DNA of 64,000 nt from Candidatus Saganbacteria bacterium. Its GTDB lineage: Bacteria; Margulisbacteria; WOR-1; XYC2-FULL-46-14; XYC2-FULL-37-10. Below the pieces are notes generated by a model, which worked only from the letters and a program-made list of their open reading frames with translations, made no database searches and was not told the origin of the DNA. The stretch's first letter is position 1. The number at the start of each line of letters is the position of its first letter. The position numbers were made by a program, and so were the translations under genes. The stretch covers positions 21,417-85,416 of the forward strand of contig JACRPL010000006.1 in assembly GCA_016223245.1 (NCBI GenBank), in the 5' to 3' direction. Positions 46,826 through 56,515 of this stretch are shown here, one piece after another.

Positions 46826-47218
46826 TCAGCTAAATGAGAATTTCTTATGGCCCAAATAACTTATAATAACATTTAGAAATATGAGCGGCACTTGTGCAAT
46901 GATAGGATTTATCCTCAAAAATTCAACAATAAGCGGCAGTAAGGCCAAGTTAACAACTATTGAGAATCCATAAACAAAATAAAACCTCATATATTCCTTA
47001 AGATACTTTCCTTTAGTTTTGAAAACGAATATTTTATAGCTTATGTAAGCGTTAGTGATACTGGCAATATTGCTTATAATGAAAAGAATAAGATAGTGCA
47101 TCTTTTCGGAGAATAGCCGGTACAGCAAAATAAATGCCAAATATCCAAATATCGTATTCCAGATCCCTGCCAAGAGGTAATTGATCTTTTCTTTATGGGT
47201 ATGGAAAAAAAGCCTCAT
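46826..47218 (-). CDS. GtrA-family small membrane protein, putative flippase for a lipid-linked sugar.
   Basis: 130 aa, four TM helices, GtrA-like. Directly upstream of a DPM1-like GT2. Confidence 0.6.
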   Translation of the reverse strand: MRLFFHTHKEKINYLLAGIWNTIFGYLAFILLYRLFSEKMHYLILFIISNIASITNAYISYKIFVFKTKGKYLKEYMRFYFVYGFSIVVNLALLPLIVEFLRINPIIAQVPLIFLNVIISYLGHKKFSFS

Positions 47219-47219
47219 C

Positions 47220-48152
47220 CTAGAAATTTATTCTTTCTTTTTCAATGACCAGAGGCCTTTTTAAGACTTGCGTATGAATGGAACCTATATATTCTCCGAT
47301 GATGCCGATGAAAAACAATTGTACGGCTGAAAAGAAAAAGACCCCGATGACCAATGGCGCAATCCCTACATTGAAATTATCCCAAAAGATGATCTTATAG
47401 ATAAAATATCCAATTGCCACAAGAATGCTGATTATTGAAACAAGGAAGCCGAGCATTGTCGCAAGCCTTAGAGGAACCCTTGAATGGTTTGTGATCCCAA
47501 GCATCGCCATGTCGTAAAGAGTGTAAAAATTATTTTTTGTGATGCCATGATCACGTTTCGGCTGGATATATTCAATTATAGCGATTTCAAAGCCTAAATC
47601 ACTAATGAGCCCTCTAAAATATGGATATGGGTCATTAAGCGAGCGTAAAATATCCATTACTTTTTTATCGTACAATCCGAATCCGGTAAAATTCCGTATC
47701 TGCTTAACTTCCGACAAGCTTTCGATAATCTTATAAAATAATTGTCTAATGCTGAACATAAACTTGGATTCTTTGCTTGCCTTCTTGACGCCAATTACCA
47801 CTTTAAACCCATCTTCCCATTTTTTTGCAAAATCCTTTATCATTTCTGGCGGGTCTTGAAGATCTGCAACAATTGAAATCACAGCATCTCCATGAGCCTG
47901 CAGAAGCGCATGGTAAGGCGATCTTATATGTCCGAAGTTGCGCGTATTTACGATGATCTTAACATTCTTGTCGGTTTTTGCGATATCTTTGAGAATTGCG
48001 ACCGTTCTATCACTAGAAGCATTGTCGATAAATATATGTTCGTATCGGTAATCTTTTAAATCGGATTGGAAAATATTTTTTACGGCAGAATATATCGCCT
48101 CGATATTTTTTTCTTCGTTGAAACACGCAGTGACTACGCTGATTAATTTCAC
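47220..48152 (-). CDS. GT2 polyprenyl-phosphate glycosyltransferase (DPM1/GtrB-like).
   Basis: MKLISVVTACFNEEKNI...DADLQDPPEMI with DxD-type motifs, plus a C-terminal membrane anchor. Confidence 0.85.
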   Translation of the reverse strand: MKLISVVTACFNEEKNIEAIYSAVKNIFQSDLKDYRYEHIFIDNASSDRTVAILKDIAKTDKNVKIIVNTRNFGHIRSPYHALLQAHGDAVISIVADLQDPPEMIKDFAKKWEDGFKVVIGVKKASKESKFMFSIRQLFYKIIESLSEVKQIRNFTGFGLYDKKVMDILRSLNDPYPYFRGLISDLGFEIAIIEYIQPKRDHGITKNNFYTLYDMAMLGITNHSRVPLRLATMLGFLVSIISILVAIGYFIYKIIFWDNFNVGIAPLVIGVFFFSAVQLFFIGIIGEYIGSIHTQVLKRPLVIEKERINF

Positions 48153-49213
48153 AATATAGCCTCCAATGCTTTTATGGCTTCAATTTTCGCAAGATCGTTA
48201 ACTTGTATCATCTTATGGTTTTCTTGCATCATTACAAGCGACAATCCTTCGCCTGTTCTTTTCTTATCCTTTTTCATGGCAGAGACTATTGCATTATGGT
48301 CGATCTTTAAGTCATTTAGATCGATCTTGACCACTGGAAGTAGAGCATTTTTAGATAAATCCTCCGATAACGTCATTGACATTAGGCCTCGATCGATAGC
48401 TACATGATTAGCTAACATTATACCAAGAACAACAGCTTGCCCATGAGGTATCTTATAATCTGTTGCGGTTTCCAATGCATGTCCGAAACAATGCCCAAAG
48501 TTCAGGATGTTCCTGCGGCCTTTATCAAATTCATCAGTTTCAATATATATTTTTTTTATTAATAGAGCCTCTCTGGTCATTTTACCGATTGTTATCAAAT
48601 CGCGTTCAAGTAACGGGCTCATTTTGGATTTGAGTTCAATTGTTTTACCGGTACCGCCGATCAAGAAGAGTTTAACCAACTCCCCGATCCCGCTTAAATA
48701 ATCGATATCAGTTAGTGTTGCCAAAAATTCAGGAATTATATATATCTCGGATGGGGGGTAAAAAGTTCCCAAAAGATTTTTGAATCCTTTATAGTTCAAT
48801 GAAGTTTTTGCCCCAATACAACTGTCGCATTGAGATAGCATGGTTGTAGGGAAAAAGATCCAATTAATTCCCCGATATATGATTGAAGCCGCAAATCCGG
48901 CAATATCCTGAAGAATACCCCCGCCTATAACAGCTAAAACAGTGTTTTTCTTTGAAGAGCGTTCAATTAAACTATCGACCAATATTTGAACGCCCTCAAA
49001 TGTTTTTTTATCTTCGCCTACTTCAAAAATAACCGCTTTTGAAGCGTCGATCTTTGAAAGCATGCTTTTATTATGTCGTTCCCAAACTTTTTTATCTATT
49101 ATGAAAAATGCTTCGTTCAATTCTGATATCTTGTCCAGTAGGTCTTTTGGAAATAAAAAATCTACGGTATAATCATTTAGTTTTGACTTGATCGAGAGAC
49201 CATCTATTGGCAT
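48149..49213 (-). CDS. 3-dehydroquinate synthase-like (sugar-phosphate cyclase superfamily) enzyme.
   Basis: GGG..D NAD motif (VIGGGILQD) and metal-binding His motifs (...NFGHCFGHALE...HGQAV). 354 aa. Confidence 0.8.
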   Translation of the reverse strand: MPIDGLSIKSKLNDYTVDFLFPKDLLDKISELNEAFFIIDKKVWERHNKSMLSKIDASKAVIFEVGEDKKTFEGVQILVDSLIERSSKKNTVLAVIGGGILQDIAGFAASIIYRGINWIFFPTTMLSQCDSCIGAKTSLNYKGFKNLLGTFYPPSEIYIIPEFLATLTDIDYLSGIGELVKLFLIGGTGKTIELKSKMSPLLERDLITIGKMTREALLIKKIYIETDEFDKGRRNILNFGHCFGHALETATDYKIPHGQAVVLGIMLANHVAIDRGLMSMTLSEDLSKNALLPVVKIDLNDLKIDHNAIVSAMKKDKKRTGEGLSLVMMQENHKMIQVNDLAKIEAIKALEAIL

Positions 49214-49863
49214 GTATAACCGCCGTCAATAATGATATTTTGGCCTGTAATATAAGTGTTTTTGTCCGAACAAAGAAAACAGACCAAATGTGCGATTTCA
49301 TCGATATTTGCTAAGCGACCAAGAGGGATCAGCTTTTTTATTGAAGCTATCTGTTCTTCGGAATTGTTTTGCCTGGTTAACGAAGTTTCAACAAATCCCG
49401 GAGATACGGAATTTACTAAAATACCCCTTTCCCCAAGTTCGATCGCAAGCGTTCTTGTCAATGCATTAAGTCCAGCCTTTGTCGCGGCATATACCCCTCT
49501 TCCGGGCTTTGAAACCTCACTCCAAATTGAACTAATATTAACGATGCGTCCTTTTCCCATCATAGGCACGATGCCCCTGATCAATCGTATTGGTGATGAC
49601 AAGTTTATTTTTATAGTCTCGTCGAGATCCTTATCGTCAATTTCAGAAATATTGCCGATTGGATTTATTCCCGCATTATTTACAAGAACATCAATTGATC
49701 CGGTTAATAAGGATATATAGTTAGCAACCGAAGAATTATCCGCAAGGTCCAATTCTTTTCGAGTCGGCGCAAGCACTGCAAAACCTTCTTTTTTTAAAAG
49801 ATCGGCAATTGCTTTGCCAATACCTCGCGACCCTCCGGTTACAAGCGCTTTTTTTCCGGTCAT
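49204..49863 (-). CDS. Short-chain dehydrogenase/reductase.
   Basis: TGGSRGIGKAIA glycine motif, NNAG, and a Y...K catalytic motif (YAATKAG). Confidence 0.8.
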   Translation of the reverse strand: MTGKKALVTGGSRGIGKAIADLLKKEGFAVLAPTRKELDLADNSSVANYISLLTGSIDVLVNNAGINPIGNISEIDDKDLDETIKINLSSPIRLIRGIVPMMGKGRIVNISSIWSEVSKPGRGVYAATKAGLNALTRTLAIELGERGILVNSVSPGFVETSLTRQNNSEEQIASIKKLIPLGRLANIDEIAHLVCFLCSDKNTYITGQNIIIDGGYTCQ

Positions 49864-50678
49864 TCGATGCTTCCTCCCGCGTCTTTAATTAATTTGTCGT
49901 ACCTGGATTGAAGCATTTCGATCCTAATTTTATCCTCTTCAAAGATCATGCCATAGAAATCGCGTTTGTTTTTCAACCACATAAGCTCGAAACCCACAGC
50001 CTTAAGTATCCCCTTATCCGCATTATCGTTTAAGGCTTCAGGGCATTTAAATATGACTTTGCGTGTTTCATATCTATCGAGCGCTCCGGTAGGTAGCTTT
50101 TTGAAAAATGGAAGTGACGCAGCTGAAACGCCTCCGCCAATAACACATTCAAGTTTTTTTTGTTTTGATTTAAGAAGCAATTCTTTTGCAACGTCGAATA
50201 TTTTATCTGAATTAATATCTTCACGGGTTAAACCCATAGACCCAGTCATATCAACTCGTCCTAATACTATGCCATCAAGTTCGGAAATGTTTGGAAGCTT
50301 GAGCATTTCGTCAAAATTATTGGAGCCTGTAATTGTTTCAATATTAATTAATAAAGAAACCCCATCTCTTTCATCTTTTGGGAATGCCAATTTTGCAGCT
50401 TGCAAATATTTCTTTAATGCATATTGCGATTCGATCATTGGAGCGACTATGCGAGCCACTCCTATCGATCTTGAGTCATACATATCTTTTATCGCTTCGC
50501 ACCCGCCTATTTTAATCGTAAGATCAAGGCCTGCTTTTGATATAACTTCTTTTAAACGCAAAGCTTCTTCGAGCCTGGTACCCTCTGCCTCAAATTCAGC
50601 CTTTATTCCAATGACGTGATGGTTTTCCTTAAGGTCCAAAAGGACCGAAACCATTTTTTTCTCTAAATTATTCATCAT
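49860..50678 (-). CDS. HpcH/HpaI-family aldolase or citrate-lyase-beta-like protein.
   Basis: TIM-barrel pyruvate-aldolase-like motifs (...GIVLGRVDMTGSMG...). 272 aa. Confidence 0.7.
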   Translation of the reverse strand: MMNNLEKKMVSVLLDLKENHHVIGIKAEFEAEGTRLEEALRLKEVISKAGLDLTIKIGGCEAIKDMYDSRSIGVARIVAPMIESQYALKKYLQAAKLAFPKDERDGVSLLINIETITGSNNFDEMLKLPNISELDGIVLGRVDMTGSMGLTREDINSDKIFDVAKELLLKSKQKKLECVIGGGVSAASLPFFKKLPTGALDRYETRKVIFKCPEALNDNADKGILKAVGFELMWLKNKRDFYGMIFEEDKIRIEMLQSRYDKLIKDAGGSIE

Positions 50679-52488
50679 TATCCTCCAATTCTTTTATCAA
50701 CATATTGCTTTTGAACTCTTCTCTTGGAAGGAACGGGAACATATCTTCCAATGGTTTTGATCTCATTTTACCGTTCTTTAGTTTAACAGAAGATAGCTTT
50801 GGTTCAAACCTGTAAGTAGGATCAAGAATGACCTCGATAACAGCTGGTCCGCGCTTATTAAGGATCGCCGCAATGTCATTCTTAAGTGATTTTTGATTTT
50901 TTATGGTAACAGCACTTATCCCGTAAGCTTTTGCAATTTTCGTAATATCCGGAAAAGTAACTCCGGTTTCCGGACAACAAGCAACTCGCCTCCCTTCAAA
51001 GAAAGAATCTTGAGTTTGTTTTATCGAGCAATAGCCCTGATTATTAAGAACAAATATCTTTATCGGAAGCTTAAGGCCTGCAACTGTTTGCAATTCCTGC
51101 ATATTCATTTGCAGACTGCCGTCGCCTGCAATACAGATAACCTCTTTTTTGTTTGCCGCAATACAAGCACCGATAGCAGCCGGCAAGTCGTATCCCATCG
51201 AGGCGCATCCCGAATTCCAGAACATCCTTTGATTTGGTTTAACAATTCCTGCTTGAAAAACCGATACACATGCCGTGCCATTTCCCGCCACAACAATTGC
51301 ATTAGATCTAAGCTGATTTGTTAGAACATCGATAAAATAATATGGGTTGATTGATTTCTTAAGTTTTTTATATTCCGGTAGTACAGTAGGATATTTCTTC
51401 TTGCGCTCTGTACACCAGATTAGCCATTCTTTGGGGATCGATATGTTTTTCCAGGCAATCGTTGTGTATAATGCCTCTAAGAAATATTTAGCATCGCAAT
51501 TTATTGCAATATCAGGTTTCAACGTAGGTTTATTAAGTTCTGTTGGATCAATATCTATTACTATCTTTTTTGCTTCTCTTGCGACAGTTTCCCAGTTATA
51601 ACTAACCTGCCTGATATTGTTCCTGGTCCCGATATATAATACCAGATCGGAGTTTTGGAGTGCAAAGTTTCCGGCTCTTGTTCCCACTGTTCCAATTCTT
51701 CCGATAAACAATGGATGATCCGAAGGAATTTGATCAAATCCATTAAAAGTTGAAAGGACAGGAATTCTTAGCTTTTCGATGACCTTTTTGAATATTTTTA
51801 GTGAGCCTGACAATCTTATCCCATGTCCTGCGACTATTACTGGTCTTTTAGCGTTTTTCAGCAATTCAATTGTTTTTGCAATCTTAGAATTTATTTCATC
51901 ATTGGCAAACTTGATCTCGTCTTCTTTTTTATCGTAGCCTGTCAAATTGTTCTCATCAACCATTGAAGACTGGACGTCAAGCGGCACATCTAACCAAACA
52001 GGCCCAGGACGGCCTGACATCGCCAAATAGAGAGCTTTTTCTAAATAGTACCTGATCTTATATGGATCTTCGACATATACTGCATATTTTGTAACCGGTT
52101 TTACAATGTCTACGATATTGATCTCCTGATCTCCTAATTGCCTTAATTTCTGATCAGGATAAGATTCAATTGTCGTTTCCCTCTTAACCTGCCCCGAAAT
52201 ATATATTACTGGAATTGAATCAAGCCATTGGCCTATCACGCCGGTCATGGTATTTGTTCCACCAGGTCCAGATGTTATGATAACGCAGCCGATCTTTCCG
52301 GAGACCCTAAAATATCCTTCTGCTCCGATCGCGGATGCTTGCTCATGATGGTTGCAAATATATCTGATTTTCTTGCTTTTGCCCACGGAATCATTTAAAT
52401 GCATAGCTCCGCCGCCTGAGATCATAAAAACGTCTTTTATCCCGTATTCTTCAAGCTTTTTTACTATGTAATCCGAAACTTTGATCAT
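50668..52488 (-). CDS. Thiamine-diphosphate-dependent enzyme of the acetolactate-synthase-large-subunit family (YerE-like).
   Basis: Three-domain ALS architecture. ThDP motif GDGSLQMNMQELQTV...NN. 606 aa. Confidence 0.85.
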   Translation of the reverse strand: MIKVSDYIVKKLEEYGIKDVFMISGGGAMHLNDSVGKSKKIRYICNHHEQASAIGAEGYFRVSGKIGCVIITSGPGGTNTMTGVIGQWLDSIPVIYISGQVKRETTIESYPDQKLRQLGDQEINIVDIVKPVTKYAVYVEDPYKIRYYLEKALYLAMSGRPGPVWLDVPLDVQSSMVDENNLTGYDKKEDEIKFANDEINSKIAKTIELLKNAKRPVIVAGHGIRLSGSLKIFKKVIEKLRIPVLSTFNGFDQIPSDHPLFIGRIGTVGTRAGNFALQNSDLVLYIGTRNNIRQVSYNWETVAREAKKIVIDIDPTELNKPTLKPDIAINCDAKYFLEALYTTIAWKNISIPKEWLIWCTERKKKYPTVLPEYKKLKKSINPYYFIDVLTNQLRSNAIVVAGNGTACVSVFQAGIVKPNQRMFWNSGCASMGYDLPAAIGACIAANKKEVICIAGDGSLQMNMQELQTVAGLKLPIKIFVLNNQGYCSIKQTQDSFFEGRRVACCPETGVTFPDITKIAKAYGISAVTIKNQKSLKNDIAAILNKRGPAVIEVILDPTYRFEPKLSSVKLKNGKMRSKPLEDMFPFLPREEFKSNMLIKELEDNDE

Positions 52489-53237
52489 ATTGATATAGTT
52501 ATCCCGTCTGTGGCGGCTATTGTATTCTTAAAGATATTTCTTACTTGTTTCTGTGCAGTTTTTCTTTCTTTAAGCGTTTGATATACTTCGGCGTCAAAAT
52601 GTGTAAGAACCAACTTCTTTGATTTTGAAACCTTTGCAATTTCTGCTGCTGTCGCGGGAGTTAAGTGCGGCCATTCGGAGTGGTCCATACCAAGCTTAAA
52701 TGCACATTCGGAGATGATAAGGTCTGATCTTTGAGCCAGCCTGATCGCATTATCGCAATACCCAGTATCGGTGATGTAACTTATTACTTTGCCCGAAAAA
52801 TTAAGCCTGTATCCATATGACGGGACAACATGCAATAATATCTTGTAGTCCTCTAAAAACGATATTTCTTTTGATCGTTTCTTTAAATCAACAATTTTAA
52901 CTTTTGTTTTAAGCAGATCAAGTGGCGCGGTATATGGCTTATTGATAAATTCATGAGCGGTCTTAACATAATTACCAGGCAGACAAAGCGAAATCCCCTG
53001 CTTAAAATTAAATTTTGCCAAAACATGAAGACCTATAACATGATCGAGATGGAAGTGGCTTATAAAAAGAAAGATCGGTTTTTTTGATCTAATATATTTA
53101 TCCAGTTTATAAATACCATTGCCAGCATCCAAAATAACGTATTCGTTAGGCGTTTCAATTAAAAGGCTTACGGTATTACCGCAATCGGTGTCATACCAAC
53201 CGTTCGTTCCCAGAAATGTGATCTTTATCTTTTGCAT
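52485..53237 (-). CDS. MBL-fold metallo-hydrolase.
   Basis: HFHLDHVIGL metal-binding motif. 250 aa. Confidence 0.75.
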   Translation of the reverse strand: MQKIKITFLGTNGWYDTDCGNTVSLLIETPNEYVILDAGNGIYKLDKYIRSKKPIFLFISHFHLDHVIGLHVLAKFNFKQGISLCLPGNYVKTAHEFINKPYTAPLDLLKTKVKIVDLKKRSKEISFLEDYKILLHVVPSYGYRLNFSGKVISYITDTGYCDNAIRLAQRSDLIISECAFKLGMDHSEWPHLTPATAAEIAKVSKSKKLVLTHFDAEVYQTLKERKTAQKQVRNIFKNTIAATDGITISI

Positions 53238-53248
53238 ATTAATCCCTT

Positions 53249-54127
53249 CTATTTATCAAAAAGCAATAGTTCTTTATCGATCTTACTCTTATTTTCAACA
53301 TACCAATCATATAATTTACGGATAGATTCTTCAATAGGCGTGAGCTTGAGGCCTTCAATCTCTGTTTTTAATCGTGAATTGTCGCCGCTGTATTCGGTCT
53401 CTTGACCTTCCTGTTGAATTTTTATCGGAAGGTCTTTTTTCGAGACTTTAAGCACGATCTTTGCAATTTCTTTTAGTTCGATAGATCTATCGGGTGCAAT
53501 ATTGTATGCTTTGTGCTTATTTGTACAAACAATGAAATGCTCAATAACTAAACATAAGTCATCAATACTAATATAATCGAATTTTCTGTTTTGCTTTATT
53601 GTGATAGGAAGATCGAATATTGTCTTGCATATCGCATTTGAGATGAATCTAATCGCATAATCCTCATATTTCCCAAAAACTCCAAAAGGCCTAAGTTCGA
53701 CAATGTTATCGGTTTTTTCTAAATACTTTGCGCAGAGATATTTTGAAAAGCCACCTTCATCATCTGGAACATTTACATCGAAATACTCTTCTTTCATTTT
53801 CGGCAGATAATGATCTATGCCATATACCAGGCCGGAGCTCAAAAAAATCATTTTCTTGAACTTTTTTTCGTTTCTTGCTATGTTGAAGAACATTCTTGTA
53901 TTTTGCTCTAATTGTTTTGAGGGATCTTTCGCGTTTCTATGTCCGGGGCGGACGGCGGAATGGACCATGATATCAATATTATTATTCTTAAAATAATTTT
54001 CTACAGCTATCGAATCAATTAAGTCTAGCTCAGCGCGTGTGGGTGATAAAATATCGTATTTTTCACCAAAATATTCGATCAAGTTCTTTCCCACAAAACC
54101 CGATCCGCCTGTAATAAGCAGTTTCAT
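53249..54127 (-). CDS. NAD(P)-dependent sugar-nucleotide reductase or epimerase, of the CDP-abequose/paratose synthase size class.
   Basis: MKLLITGGSGFVGKNL and a Y..AK catalytic motif. 292 aa. Immediately downstream of rfbH, as in enterobacterial ddh clusters. Confidence 0.75.
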   Translation of the reverse strand: MKLLITGGSGFVGKNLIEYFGEKYDILSPTRAELDLIDSIAVENYFKNNNIDIMVHSAVRPGHRNAKDPSKQLEQNTRMFFNIARNEKKFKKMIFLSSGLVYGIDHYLPKMKEEYFDVNVPDDEGGFSKYLCAKYLEKTDNIVELRPFGVFGKYEDYAIRFISNAICKTIFDLPITIKQNRKFDYISIDDLCLVIEHFIVCTNKHKAYNIAPDRSIELKEIAKIVLKVSKKDLPIKIQQEGQETEYSGDNSRLKTEIEGLKLTPIEESIRKLYDWYVENKSKIDKELLLFDK

Positions 54128-55467
54128 CGTTTTACTGCTTTTCTGATCTCATCCAACATGAAATCGATCATTTCTTTTGTCATTCCAGGATATACTCCAA
54201 CCCAAAAAGTATTATTCATGATAAGATCGGTATTTTTCAGATCGCCGACCACTCGATATCCTTTTTTATTCTTGCGCATTTCATCAAAACACGGATGCTT
54301 GGTCATATTCCCGGCAAAAAGCATCCTGGTTTGAATCCCTTTTGACTCGAGATGATGGACTATCTCATTTCTCGTAATACATGCGTCATCTTTTACGGTC
54401 AAAAGAAAACCAAACCAGCTGGGGAGAGAATTCCTTTCGGCTTTGGGAAGGATGAAAATATCATCAAGCTTTGACAGTCCATCACGAAGCATTTTCCAAT
54501 TTGCCCGCCGTGCTTTAATGAACGAGGGAAGTTTTTCCAACTGCGCGCATCCTATTGCCGCTTGCATATCAGTAACTTTTAGATTGTATCCGAAATGTGA
54601 ATATATATATTTATGGTCATATCCATACGGAAGTTCGCCTAATTGCCATTTGAAACGCTTTTTACAGGAATTATCTTGTCCGGATGGGCACCAGCAGTCC
54701 CTGCCCCAATCGCGGAATGAATTGACGATCTTATTTAGCATGGGATCATTTGTGTAAACTGCTCCGCCTTCGCCCATAGTTATTTGGTGCGCCGGGAAAA
54801 AGCTTGAAGTCGCTATATCCCCGAAAGTCCCGGTATAAGCCCATTTGCCATGAAGCTTATATTTAGAACCCAAAGAATCGCAATTATCTTCGATCGACCA
54901 AATTTTATGTTTGGAACAAAATTCTTTAACTTTCTGGATATTAAAAGGATTTCCAAGCGTATGGGCTATAATTACTGCTTTCGTTTTTTTCGACAACGCC
55001 GCTTCAAGCTGTACGCAATCAATGTTGTAGCTTGGGAGAGCGACATCAACAAATACAGGAACGGCGCCATATTGGATGATCGGTGAGATCGTTGTCGGAA
55101 ATCCTGCTGCTACCGTAATTACTTCATCGCCTTTCTTGATCCTTCTATCCCCGAGCTTTGGCGATGTGAGCGCCATAAAGGCCAATAAATTTGCGGATGA
55201 CCCCGAATTAACAAGAGAACAATATTTTACCCCGATAAATTTTGCGAAGCCTTGTTCGAATTTTTCCGCATATCTTCCCGTCGTTAGCCAAAAATCCAAA
55301 GATGAATCTATCAGATTTGAGATCTCTTTTTCATCATAAACTCGCCCGGCGTAAGGAATTTTGTCTCCAGCGGAATATTTGTGTTTCTTTTTCGATCTGT
55401 AAAAATCAATAGCCGCATTAATTGTTTTTTTTCTTAATTCCGCTTCATTTCCCATAATATCCCTCAA
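54124..55467 (-). CDS. rfbH: CDP-6-deoxy-D-xylo-4-hexulose 3-dehydrase (RfbH/DdhC, E1).
   Basis: DegT/DnrJ/EryC1 fold, at 447 aa with the RfbH-type size and N-terminal extension. Preceded by rfbF and rfbG. Confidence 0.85.
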   Translation of the reverse strand: MRDIMGNEAELRKKTINAAIDFYRSKKKHKYSAGDKIPYAGRVYDEKEISNLIDSSLDFWLTTGRYAEKFEQGFAKFIGVKYCSLVNSGSSANLLAFMALTSPKLGDRRIKKGDEVITVAAGFPTTISPIIQYGAVPVFVDVALPSYNIDCVQLEAALSKKTKAVIIAHTLGNPFNIQKVKEFCSKHKIWSIEDNCDSLGSKYKLHGKWAYTGTFGDIATSSFFPAHQITMGEGGAVYTNDPMLNKIVNSFRDWGRDCWCPSGQDNSCKKRFKWQLGELPYGYDHKYIYSHFGYNLKVTDMQAAIGCAQLEKLPSFIKARRANWKMLRDGLSKLDDIFILPKAERNSLPSWFGFLLTVKDDACITRNEIVHHLESKGIQTRMLFAGNMTKHPCFDEMRKNKKGYRVVGDLKNTDLIMNNTFWVGVYPGMTKEMIDFMLDEIRKAVKR

Positions 55468-56509
55468 TTTGCTTTAAACAAACCTCTCTGATATCTTTTC
55501 CGGCTGCATATGCTTTTGTGAAATCAATGACCATATCAAGCGCTTTTTCAAGGCCTAATTTTGGCCTCCATTTGAGCCTTGATCTGGATTTTGAGGCGTC
55601 AAGCATAAGATAATGCGCTTCATGGGGATGCTTGCCTTTTGCCATTTCATAACAAGCTCCATTTCCCCACTTTTTGCATAATTCTTTTGTAAGCCAAATA
55701 ACCGGCTTCGCGTCTTTTTTTTTGGGTCCAAAATTCCAAGCTTCGGCAAATTTGCCGGGTTTTTCGTACAATTTTCGCGCCAGCAGCAAATATCCGGTCA
55801 AAGGTTCCAATACATGCTGCCATGGCCTTACAGCTTTCGGGTTTCTTATAAGTATTTTCTCGCTTTTTGAAATTGCCCTAATAAAATCCGGAACAAGCCT
55901 GTCGCTTGCCCAATCTCCTCCGCCTATCACATTTCCGGCCCTTGCTGTTGCAATATTTAATCCGAAGGAATCCCTGTAAGACGCAGTAACTATCTCTGAA
56001 CAAGCTTTACTGCTTGAATATGGATCATATCCGCCTAGCGGGTCATTTTCTCTAAATCCCCTTGACCCTTGCCCCGATTTCCGCATCGGGGCTTGCCCCT
56101 TGTTCTCATATACTTTATCGGTCGTAATATTTATTGCTGCCTTAACGCTATTGCATGCTCTGACCGCCTCTAATAAATTCACAGTACCAAAAATATTTAT
56201 TTCATAAGTTTCGACCGGGATAACGTAAGAATCTCGGACTATGGGCTGTGCCGCCATATGGATGACTATTTCCGGTTGAGCCTTTTTAATTTCAGCTTTT
56301 ATCCGATCTTTATCCCTGATATCGGCAATGATAGATCTTACGGATTTATCTAAATTGCAAAGATCGTACAAGCATGGTTCAGTCGACGGATTTAAAGCGT
56401 AGCCCGTAATATTTGCGCCGAAATGATCTAACATCAGGCAAAGCCATGAGCCCTTAAAACCGGTATGACCTGTTATGAAGACTCTCTTATCTTTCCAAAA
56501 ATTTGTCAT
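55445..56509 (-). CDS. rfbG: CDP-glucose 4,6-dehydratase.
   Basis: MTNFWKDKRVFITGHTGFKGSWL and a YSSSKA catalytic motif. 354 aa. Confidence 0.9.
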   Translation of the reverse strand: MTNFWKDKRVFITGHTGFKGSWLCLMLDHFGANITGYALNPSTEPCLYDLCNLDKSVRSIIADIRDKDRIKAEIKKAQPEIVIHMAAQPIVRDSYVIPVETYEINIFGTVNLLEAVRACNSVKAAINITTDKVYENKGQAPMRKSGQGSRGFRENDPLGGYDPYSSSKACSEIVTASYRDSFGLNIATARAGNVIGGGDWASDRLVPDFIRAISKSEKILIRNPKAVRPWQHVLEPLTGYLLLARKLYEKPGKFAEAWNFGPKKKDAKPVIWLTKELCKKWGNGACYEMAKGKHPHEAHYLMLDASKSRSRLKWRPKLGLEKALDMVIDFTKAYAAGKDIREVCLKQIEGYYGK

Positions 56510-56515
56510 TTGACA

